A DNA stretch of 64,000 bases, taken from contig JAUIHW010000001.1 of the NCBI GenBank assembly GCA_030431775.1, forward strand, positions 70,900 to 134,899. Direction: 5' to 3'. This document shows, piece after piece, positions 56,421 to 64,000 of this stretch; position 1 is the first letter of the stretch, and each line of letters begins with the position of its first letter. The notes beneath the pieces are model-generated. The model did no database searches and was not told the origin of the DNA. It worked only from the letters and a program-made list of their open reading frames with translations. This stretch comes from Gammaproteobacteria bacterium (lineage in GTDB: Bacteria > Pseudomonadota > Gammaproteobacteria > Pseudomonadales > JAUIET01). A program made the position numbers and the translations under genes.

Positions 56421-56497
56421 TGCGGTGGGCACACAGCACGTTCTCGCCAATGCCAAAATCGTAGCCATTGGCGGACAGCTACGGTAATGTAGGCGGC

Positions 56498-58063
56498 ATG
56501 AAAGCCACGAATTGCCTGAATTACCGGTGTGTTGTCTTTGCGTTTACCTGCTGGGTAGCGGCTGCATCCATTGCTGCGTCGGCTGAGCAAAACAAAACCA
56601 ATTTATTATTTATTCTGACCGATAACCAGCCGGCTTCGATACTGGGTGCCTACGGCAACCCGGACGTACGCACCCCGAATATTGACCAGTTGGCCCGCGA
56701 AGGCATGCGCTTTGACCGCGCATTTGCCGTCAATGGCATGTGCTCGCCAACCCGAGCCACCTTGATGACTGGCTTGATGCCATCGCAGCACGGGGTGCAT
56801 AACTGGTTGGATGACGAGGAAATGAAGCACTGGCCACAAGACTGGTCAGCCATTGCCGAGCTGAGAACCTTGCCATTGACCTTGCGTAACCAAGGTTATC
56901 AAACAGCATTGATCGGCAAATGGCATCTCGGCCAGCCCTGGAAGGCCTCCATCGGTTATCAACACTGGGTAACCTTTACCGATGGCCACACGCTGGACTT
57001 CTGGAGTAACACGGTTATTGATAATGACAAAACCTATCCGGTCAAAGACCGGCATATCGTGGATTTTTTTACCGATAAGGCCGTGGAGTATCTGGAAAAC
57101 TACGATGGCCAGCGGCCGTTCTATCTGCAACTCAATTACGATGGGCCCTATTTAAACCCACCCACCAATATGGGGCCGGCGCGCAATCGGCATTATGCAA
57201 GCTATCTGGGTGAGCGATTTGAGTCTTTTCCAAGAGTGGCGGTAAACAGCAATATTGTCGAGCAATTGCTGGACCCGGCTACCCCACCTTTTTTAATGAC
57301 CAAGCACCAAGAAGGCCTGGCCATGCACAATGATCCGGCCACGATGGCTAATGTGGCCTCGCAAAACACCGTGGTGGATGATGGGGTGGGGCGGGTCATG
57401 GCCGTGTTGAAGAAACGCGGTTTGGATAAAAACACATTGGTTGTGTTTTCCAGCGACCAGGGTAATTTCTACGGGCAACACGGTTTGTGGATGCACACGG
57501 TGGTAACGACACCGGCTAATTTGTACGAGGCGGCCTTGAATATTCCCCTGATAATACGCCACCCTGACAGAATTCCCGCGGGCTCCGCCAACCCGCAGCT
57601 GATCGGCCAATACGACTTACCGCTTACCCTGCTCGATTATCTCGGCATTCACGATGTGGAGTTTGCCGGCAGCCCTGGCCAGAGTTTCGCTGCCAGCCTG
57701 CGAGGTGAGCCACCAAATCCCCGGCCAGCGATTTTCTATGAGCAGGAAGAAACGCGCGGAATTCGTACCGATCGATATGCGTACTGGGCGCGTTTACACG
57801 GCACCGGCGAGTCTGAACTCTACGATATGCAGGAAGACCCCGGCCAGCTCGTGAACCTTGCGACTCGCCCCGACATGCAAGCGGTGGTTAAGCGCCTGCA
57901 TACGCAGCTGGAGCAGTTTTTCGACGAATACAGTGATAGGCGTTATGATCTTTGGAACGGAGGTACGGCGAAAGGCTCAGTAATCCGGCCGGCCATGTTC
58001 CAGGCGATCTATGGTGAAGACTGGCGGCCTAAAACCGAGCGCTTTCCCCCGTTTGTTGAGTAG
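56498..58063 (+). CDS. sulfatase (formylglycine-dependent arylsulfatase family), exported
   Basis: It has a signal peptide, NLLFILTDNQ, the formylglycine motif MCSPTRATLMTG (CxPxR), and GKWHLG. Confidence 0.85.
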   Translation: MKATNCLNYRCVVFAFTCWVAAASIAASAEQNKTNLLFILTDNQPASILGAYGNPDVRTPNIDQLAREGMRFDRAFAVNGMCSPTRATLMTGLMPSQHGVHNWLDDEEMKHWPQDWSAIAELRTLPLTLRNQGYQTALIGKWHLGQPWKASIGYQHWVTFTDGHTLDFWSNTVIDNDKTYPVKDRHIVDFFTDKAVEYLENYDGQRPFYLQLNYDGPYLNPPTNMGPARNRHYASYLGERFESFPRVAVNSNIVEQLLDPATPPFLMTKHQEGLAMHNDPATMANVASQNTVVDDGVGRVMAVLKKRGLDKNTLVVFSSDQGNFYGQHGLWMHTVVTTPANLYEAALNIPLIIRHPDRIPAGSANPQLIGQYDLPLTLLDYLGIHDVEFAGSPGQSFAASLRGEPPNPRPAIFYEQEETRGIRTDRYAYWARLHGTGESELYDMQEDPGQLVNLATRPDMQAVVKRLHTQLEQFFDEYSDRRYDLWNGGTAKGSVIRPAMFQAIYGEDWRPKTERFPPFVE

Positions 58064-58223
58064 TCAAGATTGACGACTCACTGTTAGCGAAGACACCCAC
58101 CCTGCCCAAAATGACAGTGGACTGCGCAAGCACGCCATGTAGAATGGCGCTTGTTAGGTGGTAAAGCGGGCTTGCCGGTTGCATGGCAATGCGCCCTGCC
58201 CGAATAATAAACACAATAAGCTC

Positions 58224-59093
58224 ATGGAAATTCTACAAATTCTGATCAGTGGCGTGTCCCAGGGCTGTGTATACGGCCTGATTGCAATGGGCTTTGTGCT
58301 GATCTACAAAGCCACCGAGATGGTCAATTTCGCCCAAGGCGAGCTAATGATGCTGGGCGCCTATTTTGCCTATACGTTTATCAATATTCTGGGCATGGGT
58401 TACCTGTTCGGGTTTATGGCAACCGTGCTCAGCATGGGGCTGGTGGGGGTGGTTTTGGAGCGTGGAATTTTGCGCCCAATGATTGGCGAGCCACCGTTTG
58501 CCGTGTTGATGATCACCATAGGCCTGGGCTTTGTTCTGCGCGCTATAGCAGGCGCCGTGTGGGGCACGGAGACCAAGTCTTTATCCAACCCGTTCACCGG
58601 CCAGGTGGCCCGTGTGGGTGAGCTTGCCGTGGGCTATGAGAACCTGGCCATCATCGCCGGAACCACTGTTCTGTGCATCGGGTTTTATCTGTTTTTCCGC
58701 TTTACCCGGCTGGGAATTGCTATGCAGGCGGCATCGCAAAACCAATTGGCAGCGTATTACGTCGGCATTCCCGTTAAACGTATTTATTCTCTGGTTTGGG
58801 CTTTATCAGCTGCCCTCGCGGCGGTCGCAGGGGTGCTGGTGGCCCCGGTGTCGCTGCTGGAGCCGGTGATGGGCTTTATCGGCATCAAAGCCTTTTGTGC
58901 CGCGATCGTCGGCGGCTTTGGCAGTTTGCCCGGCGCCATCCTAGGTGGTCTGATCGTTGGTATTGCCGAGCAGTTTGCCGGTCTGTACCTGCCGCCGGGC
59001 TTTGCCGCCACCACGGCCTATGTCATTTTGCTGGTAATGCTGCTGGTGCGCCCGCAGGGCCTGTTTGCCACCATGCAGCAGAAGAAGGTCTGA
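58224..59093 (+). CDS. branched-chain-amino-acid-type (LivH-like) ABC transporter permease
   Basis: MEILQILISGVSQGCVYGLIAMGFVLIYKAT is a typical LivH N-terminus. The protein is polytopic. Confidence 0.85.
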   Translation: MEILQILISGVSQGCVYGLIAMGFVLIYKATEMVNFAQGELMMLGAYFAYTFINILGMGYLFGFMATVLSMGLVGVVLERGILRPMIGEPPFAVLMITIGLGFVLRAIAGAVWGTETKSLSNPFTGQVARVGELAVGYENLAIIAGTTVLCIGFYLFFRFTRLGIAMQAASQNQLAAYYVGIPVKRIYSLVWALSAALAAVAGVLVAPVSLLEPVMGFIGIKAFCAAIVGGFGSLPGAILGGLIVGIAEQFAGLYLPPGFAATTAYVILLVMLLVRPQGLFATMQQKKV

Positions 59094-59098
59094 ACGCG

Positions 59099-60175
59099 AT
59101 GCGCTTTATTTTCAAAACGCGTTACCAGCAGGACATCGACCTGTTCAAACACAATGGTCAACGCTTTTGGTACGGCGTGCTGGCTGTTCTGGTGTTGGTG
59201 GCGCCGTTGTTTCTGGATACCTTTTACCTTGGTGAGCTGTCGCTGGTGTATATCTACGCCATCGCCGGTATCGGCCTGATGTTACTGGTGGGCTACACCG
59301 GCTTGGTCAGCCTGGGGCATGCCGCGTTCCTCGCCATTGGTGCCTATGCGCACTCCTGGTTTATGCGCCAGGGTTTGCCGCTGCCCTTATCCATGCTGGC
59401 CGCGGGCCTGGTGAGTGCCGCTGCGGGTGCGATGGTGGGCAGGCCGACCCTGCGCATGACCGGCATTTATCTGGCCATTGCCACCTTGGCCTTTGCCATT
59501 ATTGTTGAGCAGATTATTGCGCACTGGGAGCCGGTCACTGGCGGCTTTCGCGGTCAGCTGGTGCCCGACGCCGTGTTCGCGGGTGTCGATCTCAGCCGGG
59601 GAGCACCATTCTATTACCTTTGTCTGCTGTCCACCGTACTCTGCCTGCTGGCGGCTCTTAACCTGCTGCGCAGCTCCAGTGGCCGGGCGATGATTGCGAT
59701 TCGTGATTCCGAGGTTTCCGCACAAAGCATGGGCATTGACCTGGCCCGCACCAAGACCGTTGCGTTTGCAGTATCGGCCGGTTTTACCGGTGTGGCCGGC
59801 GCGTTGTTTGCGCACAAGTTGGGTTACCTCGCACCGGATGCCTTCACCATGCTGACCTCCATTCAATTATTGCTGATGGTGGTGGTCGGTGGCCTGGGCT
59901 CAATGCCGGGCGTATTTTATGGGGCTATTTTCATTGTTGTTCTACCGCAGTTCATTGCCATCATGCGCGACACGCTACCGGCGGCTGTGGGTCAGATACC
60001 AGGCCTGGAGCCAGGACTGTTCGGGCTGATTCTGATACTGTTTCTGATTTACGAGCCGGAAGGCATACGCGGGCGCTGGGTGAAGATCCGCCAATTCTTC
60101 TCCGAGTTTCCCTTATACCGAAAAGCAACCCATAAGCGGCAGAAATCCTACCTGCGTACGGAGCGGGTGCGATGA
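59099..60175 (+). CDS. LivM-like ABC transporter permease
   Basis: It starts at ATG 59099 (MRFIFKTRYQQDIDLF...). It has LivM-like GYTGLVSLGHAAFLAIGAY. Track ORF 58796 is an artefactual upstream extension that overlaps the LivH-like gene. Confidence 0.85.
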   Translation: MRFIFKTRYQQDIDLFKHNGQRFWYGVLAVLVLVAPLFLDTFYLGELSLVYIYAIAGIGLMLLVGYTGLVSLGHAAFLAIGAYAHSWFMRQGLPLPLSMLAAGLVSAAAGAMVGRPTLRMTGIYLAIATLAFAIIVEQIIAHWEPVTGGFRGQLVPDAVFAGVDLSRGAPFYYLCLLSTVLCLLAALNLLRSSSGRAMIAIRDSEVSAQSMGIDLARTKTVAFAVSAGFTGVAGALFAHKLGYLAPDAFTMLTSIQLLLMVVVGGLGSMPGVFYGAIFIVVLPQFIAIMRDTLPAAVGQIPGLEPGLFGLILILFLIYEPEGIRGRWVKIRQFFSEFPLYRKATHKRQKSYLRTERVR

Positions 60176-60933
60176 CGGCTTTGCTGAGTGCACGCAATCT
60201 GGCCTTGAGCTTTGGCGGTGTACACGCGGTGCGTGATGTCAGCTTTGATGTAGAGCAGGGTGAGGTGTTCAGCATTATTGGCCCGAATGGGGCCGGTAAA
60301 ACCAGTATTTTCAATCTGATCAGCCGACTCTACAACGCAAATGCCGGGGAGCTTTTGTTTGCTGGCCAGAGCATTTTGCAGGAGCCGCCGCATCGCATAG
60401 CGGCACTGGGTATTGCGCGCACTTTTCAGAACACGGAATTGTTTGAGCATGAAACGGTCTTGAACAACATGCTGATTGGCCGACACGTGCATCGGCGCAC
60501 GAATTTGTTCGGCGAAATGTTGTTTCTCCCTAAAGTACGACGCCAGGAACTGGAATTTCGCCGCGTGGTTGAAGACGTCATTGACCTGCTGGACCTGCAA
60601 AGTTACCGCAACAAGGTGATTGGCAGCCTGCCTTATGGTGTGCGCAAAATGGTGGAAGTGGCACGGGCCTTGTGTATACAGCCCAAACTGCTGCTGCTGG
60701 ATGAACCGTCGTCCGGGCTGAACCCTGAAGAAACCGAAGACGTGTCCTTCTGGATTGAGGACATCAGCCGTGATTACGGCGCCACGATTATCATGGTAGA
60801 GCATGATATGAACCTGGTGTCACGCGCCTCAGACCGGGTGCTGGCCGTAGCCGATGGCGCGGTGGTGGCTGTCGGTACAGCTGAAGAGATTCAAAATCAC
60901 CCGGACGTTCAACGGGCCTACCTGGGTGACTGA
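60172..60933 (+). CDS. LivG-like ABC transporter ATP-binding protein
   Basis: It has Walker A GPNGAGKTS, the signature LPYGVRKMVEVARAL and Walker B LLLLDEP. Confidence 0.85.
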   Translation: MTALLSARNLALSFGGVHAVRDVSFDVEQGEVFSIIGPNGAGKTSIFNLISRLYNANAGELLFAGQSILQEPPHRIAALGIARTFQNTELFEHETVLNNMLIGRHVHRRTNLFGEMLFLPKVRRQELEFRRVVEDVIDLLDLQSYRNKVIGSLPYGVRKMVEVARALCIQPKLLLLDEPSSGLNPEETEDVSFWIEDISRDYGATIIMVEHDMNLVSRASDRVLAVADGAVVAVGTAEEIQNHPDVQRAYLGD

Positions 60934-61715
60934 TGGGGTTCACTGAGATGGCAGGCACTCTGGTAGTCAAAAACATTGAAACCTACTATGGCCCGATCAT
61001 GGCGATCCGCGGCGTAAGCCTGGAAGTGCGTGCCGGGCATATAGTCGCGCTGTTAGGTGCGAACGGCGCTGGCAAAACAACAGTGCTGAAGACAATTAGC
61101 GGAGCAATGGAGCCTCAGAAAGGTTCGGTCGACCTGGATGGTGACGCCATTGTCAACCTGGACCCGGATGTTATTGCCCGGCGTGGCGTTGCCCATGTGC
61201 CTGAGGGCCGGGAGGTGTTTCCGTTCCTGAGCGTGGAAGAGAACCTGCAGGTTGGAGCGTTCAGCCGCAACGACAAAGCGGTCAAGGACGACCTGGAACA
61301 AGTATACGAATATTTTCCCGCGCTGCTGGAGCATCGCAGTCTGGCGGCAGGCTTTCTGTCCGGCGGGCAGCAGCAGATGCTGGCCATTGGTCGGGCGCTG
61401 ATGCTGCAGCCGCGCATTATGTTACTCGATGAACCGTCTCTGGGCCTGTCGCCGCGCTATGTCGCGGAAATTGCTGCCATTATCACCCGGCTTAACAAAG
61501 AACGCGGCATTACCGTACTGCTGGTTGAACAGAATGCCAAAGTGGCCCTGGACATCAGCGAATACGGCTATGTGATGGAGAACGGGCGTATTGTGATGGA
61601 AGATACAAGCGAGCGGCTTAAAGAGGCAAGTGATATTCAGGAGTTTTACCTCGGTATGAAAGACGAAGGCGTGCGCGGCCGGCGGCGTTGGAAACAACGG
61701 AAAACCTGGCGCTGA
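60933..61715 (+). CDS. LivF-like ABC transporter ATP-binding protein
   Basis: It has Walker A GANGAGKTT, the signature LSGGQQQMLAIGRAL and Walker B MLLDEPS. The alternative start ATG 60948 (MAGTLVVKNIETYYG) may be the real one. Confidence 0.85.
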   Translation: MGFTEMAGTLVVKNIETYYGPIMAIRGVSLEVRAGHIVALLGANGAGKTTVLKTISGAMEPQKGSVDLDGDAIVNLDPDVIARRGVAHVPEGREVFPFLSVEENLQVGAFSRNDKAVKDDLEQVYEYFPALLEHRSLAAGFLSGGQQQMLAIGRALMLQPRIMLLDEPSLGLSPRYVAEIAAIITRLNKERGITVLLVEQNAKVALDISEYGYVMENGRIVMEDTSERLKEASDIQEFYLGMKDEGVRGRRRWKQRKTWR

Positions 61716-61716
61716 G

Positions 61717-63543
61717 ATGGCACAAGCGGAAACCAACATCGAAGTCGCTGCTTGCAATACCATTCCCAGGCTGTTCTGGAAACGGGTGGAGGAACTCGCG
61801 GACAAAGTCGCATTGCGCGAGAAAGACTTCGGCATCTGGAATGAGTACAGCTGGGCTGCTTATGGGGAACAGGCCATGCTGGCGGGGCTGGGTCTGAAGG
61901 CACTAGGTATGCAGCGAGGTGAGGTCTGCTCGATCGCCTCGGAGATCAACAAAGAGTGGATGTTTGCTGATCTCGGTATCGTCTGCGTTGGCGGCATCTG
62001 CAATGGTGTGTACCCAACGGATGCTGCTGAGCAGGTGGAGTACCTGATCACCGACAGCGGGACGCGATTTTATTTTGCCGAAGATGAAGAGCAGCTCGAT
62101 AAGGTACTGGAAGTCAGGGCACGTACACCTAGCCTGGAAAAGATCATTATCTTTGACATGGAAGGCCTCAAAACCCTGGACGACCCGCAGTGCATGAGCT
62201 TCGACGCACTGCAGGCGCTGGGCCGTGACTACGCCAGCAAGCATCCGCAGGCCTGGCAGAATGAACTACAGGCGGCCAATCCGGAAGATATCATGGTGCT
62301 GACCTATACCTCGGGCACCACCGGGCCGCCCAAGGGGGCGATGATCAGCCAGCGCAATATGTTGTACATGACCCAGGTCTTGCAGACCATCTATGGTATT
62401 CGTGCTGACGACGAACAACTGGGTTTCTTACCATTGGCGCATATTGCCGGACGCATGTTCTACACTTTCTCGCCACTGGAAAGCTGCTCTACGGTGAACA
62501 TTGTCGAGAGCCTGGAAACCGTCAACCAGGATATCCAGGAAGCCTCGCCGTCCATTCACTTTGCCGTACCAAGGGTGTGGGAAAAACAGTTTGCGACCAT
62601 TGCCATCAAGCTCAAGGACGCCACCGCGCTGGGGCGTTGGGCGTACGAACGCGCGCTGGGGGTCGGGGAAAAGCTGGCGGCGTACCGCAAGGCCGGGCAG
62701 GCTATTCCATTGCCGTGCAAAATGCTGGGGTTTTTGGCCGAGCACAGTGTGCTGAAAAACTGCCGAAAATTGTTGGGCATTAATGACGCGCGATGGTTAT
62801 CCACGGCGGCGGCGCCTATTGCACCTGAATTGATCGACTGGTACTGGAGCCTCGGTAAACCGATGTACGAGGTGTATGGCCAAACGGAGTGTACCGGGCT
62901 GGCGACTGCGAATTTACCGCATGACTTCCGCATTGGCAGCATCGGCAAAGCAGTGAAGGGCACTGAAGTAAGGCTTTCGGATGAGGGTGAAATTTTAATT
63001 CGTGGACCCGGCGTGATTCGTGGTTACTGGAACAAGCCGGAGAAAACCGCCGAAACTTTTCGGGATGGTTGGTTGCACACTGGTGACGTGGGGCGGATCG
63101 ACGAGGACGGTTTCATTTACATCCTGGACCGGCTGAAAGACATCATCATCACGGCTGGCGGCAAGAATATCACTCCCAGTGAAATCGAAAACCGCCTGAA
63201 GTTCTCAGCGTATATCTCTGATGCTGTCGTGGTGGGTGACAAACGCCCTTATCTGAGTTGCCTGGTTATGATTGATGAGGAAAACGTCACCAAGTTTGCT
63301 CAGGATGCCAACGTCCCATTTACCAACTACACCAGCCTGTGCCACACTCGCGAAGTACAAGACCTGATCTGGGAAGAAATTGAGAAGGTGAACAGCAAGT
63401 TTGCGCGGGTTGAAACCATCAAGAAGTTCCGCCTGATTGACCAGTTGCTGGACCCGGAAGATGAAGAGCTCACGCCCACGATGAAATTGAAACGTAAAGT
63501 CGTGAACGTGAAATACGCCGAACTGATCGAAAGCATGTACTGA
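61717..63543 (+). CDS. AMP-dependent acyl-CoA synthetase/ligase (long-chain-fatty-acid-CoA-ligase-like)
   Basis: It has the AMP-binding motif LTYTSGTTGPPKGAM, plus YGQTE and TGDVGRIDEDGFIYILDRLKD. Confidence 0.85.
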   Translation: MAQAETNIEVAACNTIPRLFWKRVEELADKVALREKDFGIWNEYSWAAYGEQAMLAGLGLKALGMQRGEVCSIASEINKEWMFADLGIVCVGGICNGVYPTDAAEQVEYLITDSGTRFYFAEDEEQLDKVLEVRARTPSLEKIIIFDMEGLKTLDDPQCMSFDALQALGRDYASKHPQAWQNELQAANPEDIMVLTYTSGTTGPPKGAMISQRNMLYMTQVLQTIYGIRADDEQLGFLPLAHIAGRMFYTFSPLESCSTVNIVESLETVNQDIQEASPSIHFAVPRVWEKQFATIAIKLKDATALGRWAYERALGVGEKLAAYRKAGQAIPLPCKMLGFLAEHSVLKNCRKLLGINDARWLSTAAAPIAPELIDWYWSLGKPMYEVYGQTECTGLATANLPHDFRIGSIGKAVKGTEVRLSDEGEILIRGPGVIRGYWNKPEKTAETFRDGWLHTGDVGRIDEDGFIYILDRLKDIIITAGGKNITPSEIENRLKFSAYISDAVVVGDKRPYLSCLVMIDEENVTKFAQDANVPFTNYTSLCHTREVQDLIWEEIEKVNSKFARVETIKKFRLIDQLLDPEDEELTPTMKLKRKVVNVKYAELIESMY

Positions 63544-63562
63544 ATTGATTAAGGAAGTGATT

Positions 63563-64000
63563 ATGACCCGACTCGCGATAACCGTGCTGCTTGCCAGCGC
63601 GCTGCTGGCTGCCTGCGGCCAAAGTGGTAATGACACCGGCAGCAATGGCGCAAGCAGCGTACGTGGGGTAAGCGATACTGAAATTGTATTGGGAACACAC
63701 ACTGACCTTTCCGGTCCAATCGCAACCCTGGGGGTTGATGGCGTGAACGGCGCGCGCATGCGCTTCGATGAAGTCAATGAGGCCGGCGGCATTCACGGCC
63801 GCAAGATTCGCTATGTGGTAGAGGACACCCAGTACCAGGTGCCGAAGGCTATTCAGGCAGCAAACAAGCTTATTCACCGCGACAAAGTGTTTGCAATGGC
63901 GATTACCCTTGGTACGCCTACCAACAACGCTGTACTGACCCAGCAGCTCAAAGAAGGCGTGCCCAATTTATTCCCGATTACCGGTGCGCGCAGCATGGTG
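63563..64000 (+). CDS. LivJ/LivK-like periplasmic solute-binding lipoprotein, N-terminal 146 codons (continues beyond the window end)
   Basis: The gene is not in the track because it is truncated by the window edge. My own translation from ATG 63563 gives MTRLAITVLLASALLAACGQSGND (lipobox) ...EIVLGTHTDLSGPIATLGVDGVNGARMRFDEVNEAGGIHGRKIRYVVEDTQYQVPKAIQAANKLI..., a typical Peripla_BP_6 N-terminus. Confidence 0.75.
   Translation, partial: MTRLAITVLLASALLAACGQSGNDTGSNGASSVRGVSDTEIVLGTHTDLSGPIATLGVDGVNGARMRFDEVNEAGGIHGRKIRYVVEDTQYQVPKAIQAANKLIHRDKVFAMAITLGTPTNNAVLTQQLKEGVPNLFPITGARSMV

Noticed and set aside
58796-59098. An upstream extension of the LivM-like ORF that overlaps the LivH-like gene by about 300 nt. 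Similar N-terminal extensions occur in the track at 989-1120, 3697-3891, 13786-13944, 15388-15435, 20109-20189, 21357-21413, 27425-27526, 31795-31872, 32069-32134, 35205-35303, 42789-42848 and 50672-50740.
   Set aside because: These extensions are Arg/Pro/Gly-rich read-through of neighbouring genes or intergenic DNA. Internal starts with Shine-Dalgarno sites, signal peptides or family-typical N-termini fit better.
1-64000. A window-wide look for rRNA or tRNA genes, CRISPR arrays, prophage or integrase genes, restriction-modification systems and other known defence hallmarks.
   Set aside because: I saw none. The intergenic regions contain no T-arm/acceptor-like tRNA pattern that I could recognise. 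The only mobile-DNA signatures are the IS fragments at 2.4-2.95 kb and the repeat-flanked cassette. The only defence-like or addiction module is vapBC.

Overview
This is a 64-kb, moderately GC-rich chromosomal segment. The gene content is typical of an aquatic or marine heterotrophic Gammaproteobacterium, but that is inference only, because the window has no rRNA or tRNA to anchor taxonomy. All functional calls come from recognising motifs and families by eye in the translated ORFs. No database search, HMM scan or folding was run.

I can support about 50 protein-coding genes. Two are cut by the window edges and so are missing from the ORF track. I also support two transposase pseudogene fragments, one displaced gene fragment, one pentanucleotide microsatellite and two candidate operator motifs. 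I saw no rRNA, tRNA or CRISPR.

Layout, left to right:
- 1-1.0 kb: EEP lipoprotein and cupin genes.
- 1.1-2.95 kb: a scar region holding an orphan non-coding stretch, a low-GC secreted hypothetical and a chimeric IS6/IS91 remnant.
- 3.2-5.0 kb: a DUF2157/GDYXXLXY membrane pair.
- 5-15 kb: redox and accessory genes, namely a tandem Grx-like protein, a DUF442 protein, a PQQ-like propeller, a BVMO, an S9 peptidase, a kinase-sulfotransferase pair and a DUF1214 protein.
- 15.4-26.1 kb: an amine/guanidino-compound catabolic island with a ThDP enzyme, two class-III aminotransferases, a Dabb protein, a YkvI-type transporter, an AraC regulator, a TonB-dependent receptor and an exported ureohydrolase.
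- 26.15-29.5 kb: a 3.15-kb AT-richer cassette flanked by 172-bp direct repeats that duplicate the 3' end of a second BVMO gene.
- 31.4-32.1 kb: a FitAB/VapBC toxin-antitoxin pair with a perfect palindromic operator.
- 32.1-34.1 kb: alcohol dehydrogenase and cyclase genes.
- 34.2-40.1 kb: an AraC regulator with AGPS-like flavoenzyme, GlpD-like dehydrogenase and FGGY kinase genes.
- 40.1-52.5 kb: an RR-HK-SBP-NhaC operon joined throughout by 4-nt overlaps, divergent from a TonB receptor and two tandem gamma-glutamyltransferases.
- 52.5-64 kb: PPK2, a DMGDH-like enzyme, a sulfatase, and a Liv-type ABC operon with an embedded acyl-CoA ligase.

The best candidate for something undescribed is the integrase-less repeat-flanked cassette at 26.15-29.5 kb, together with its operon of three alpha+beta-barrel domains plus a reductase.
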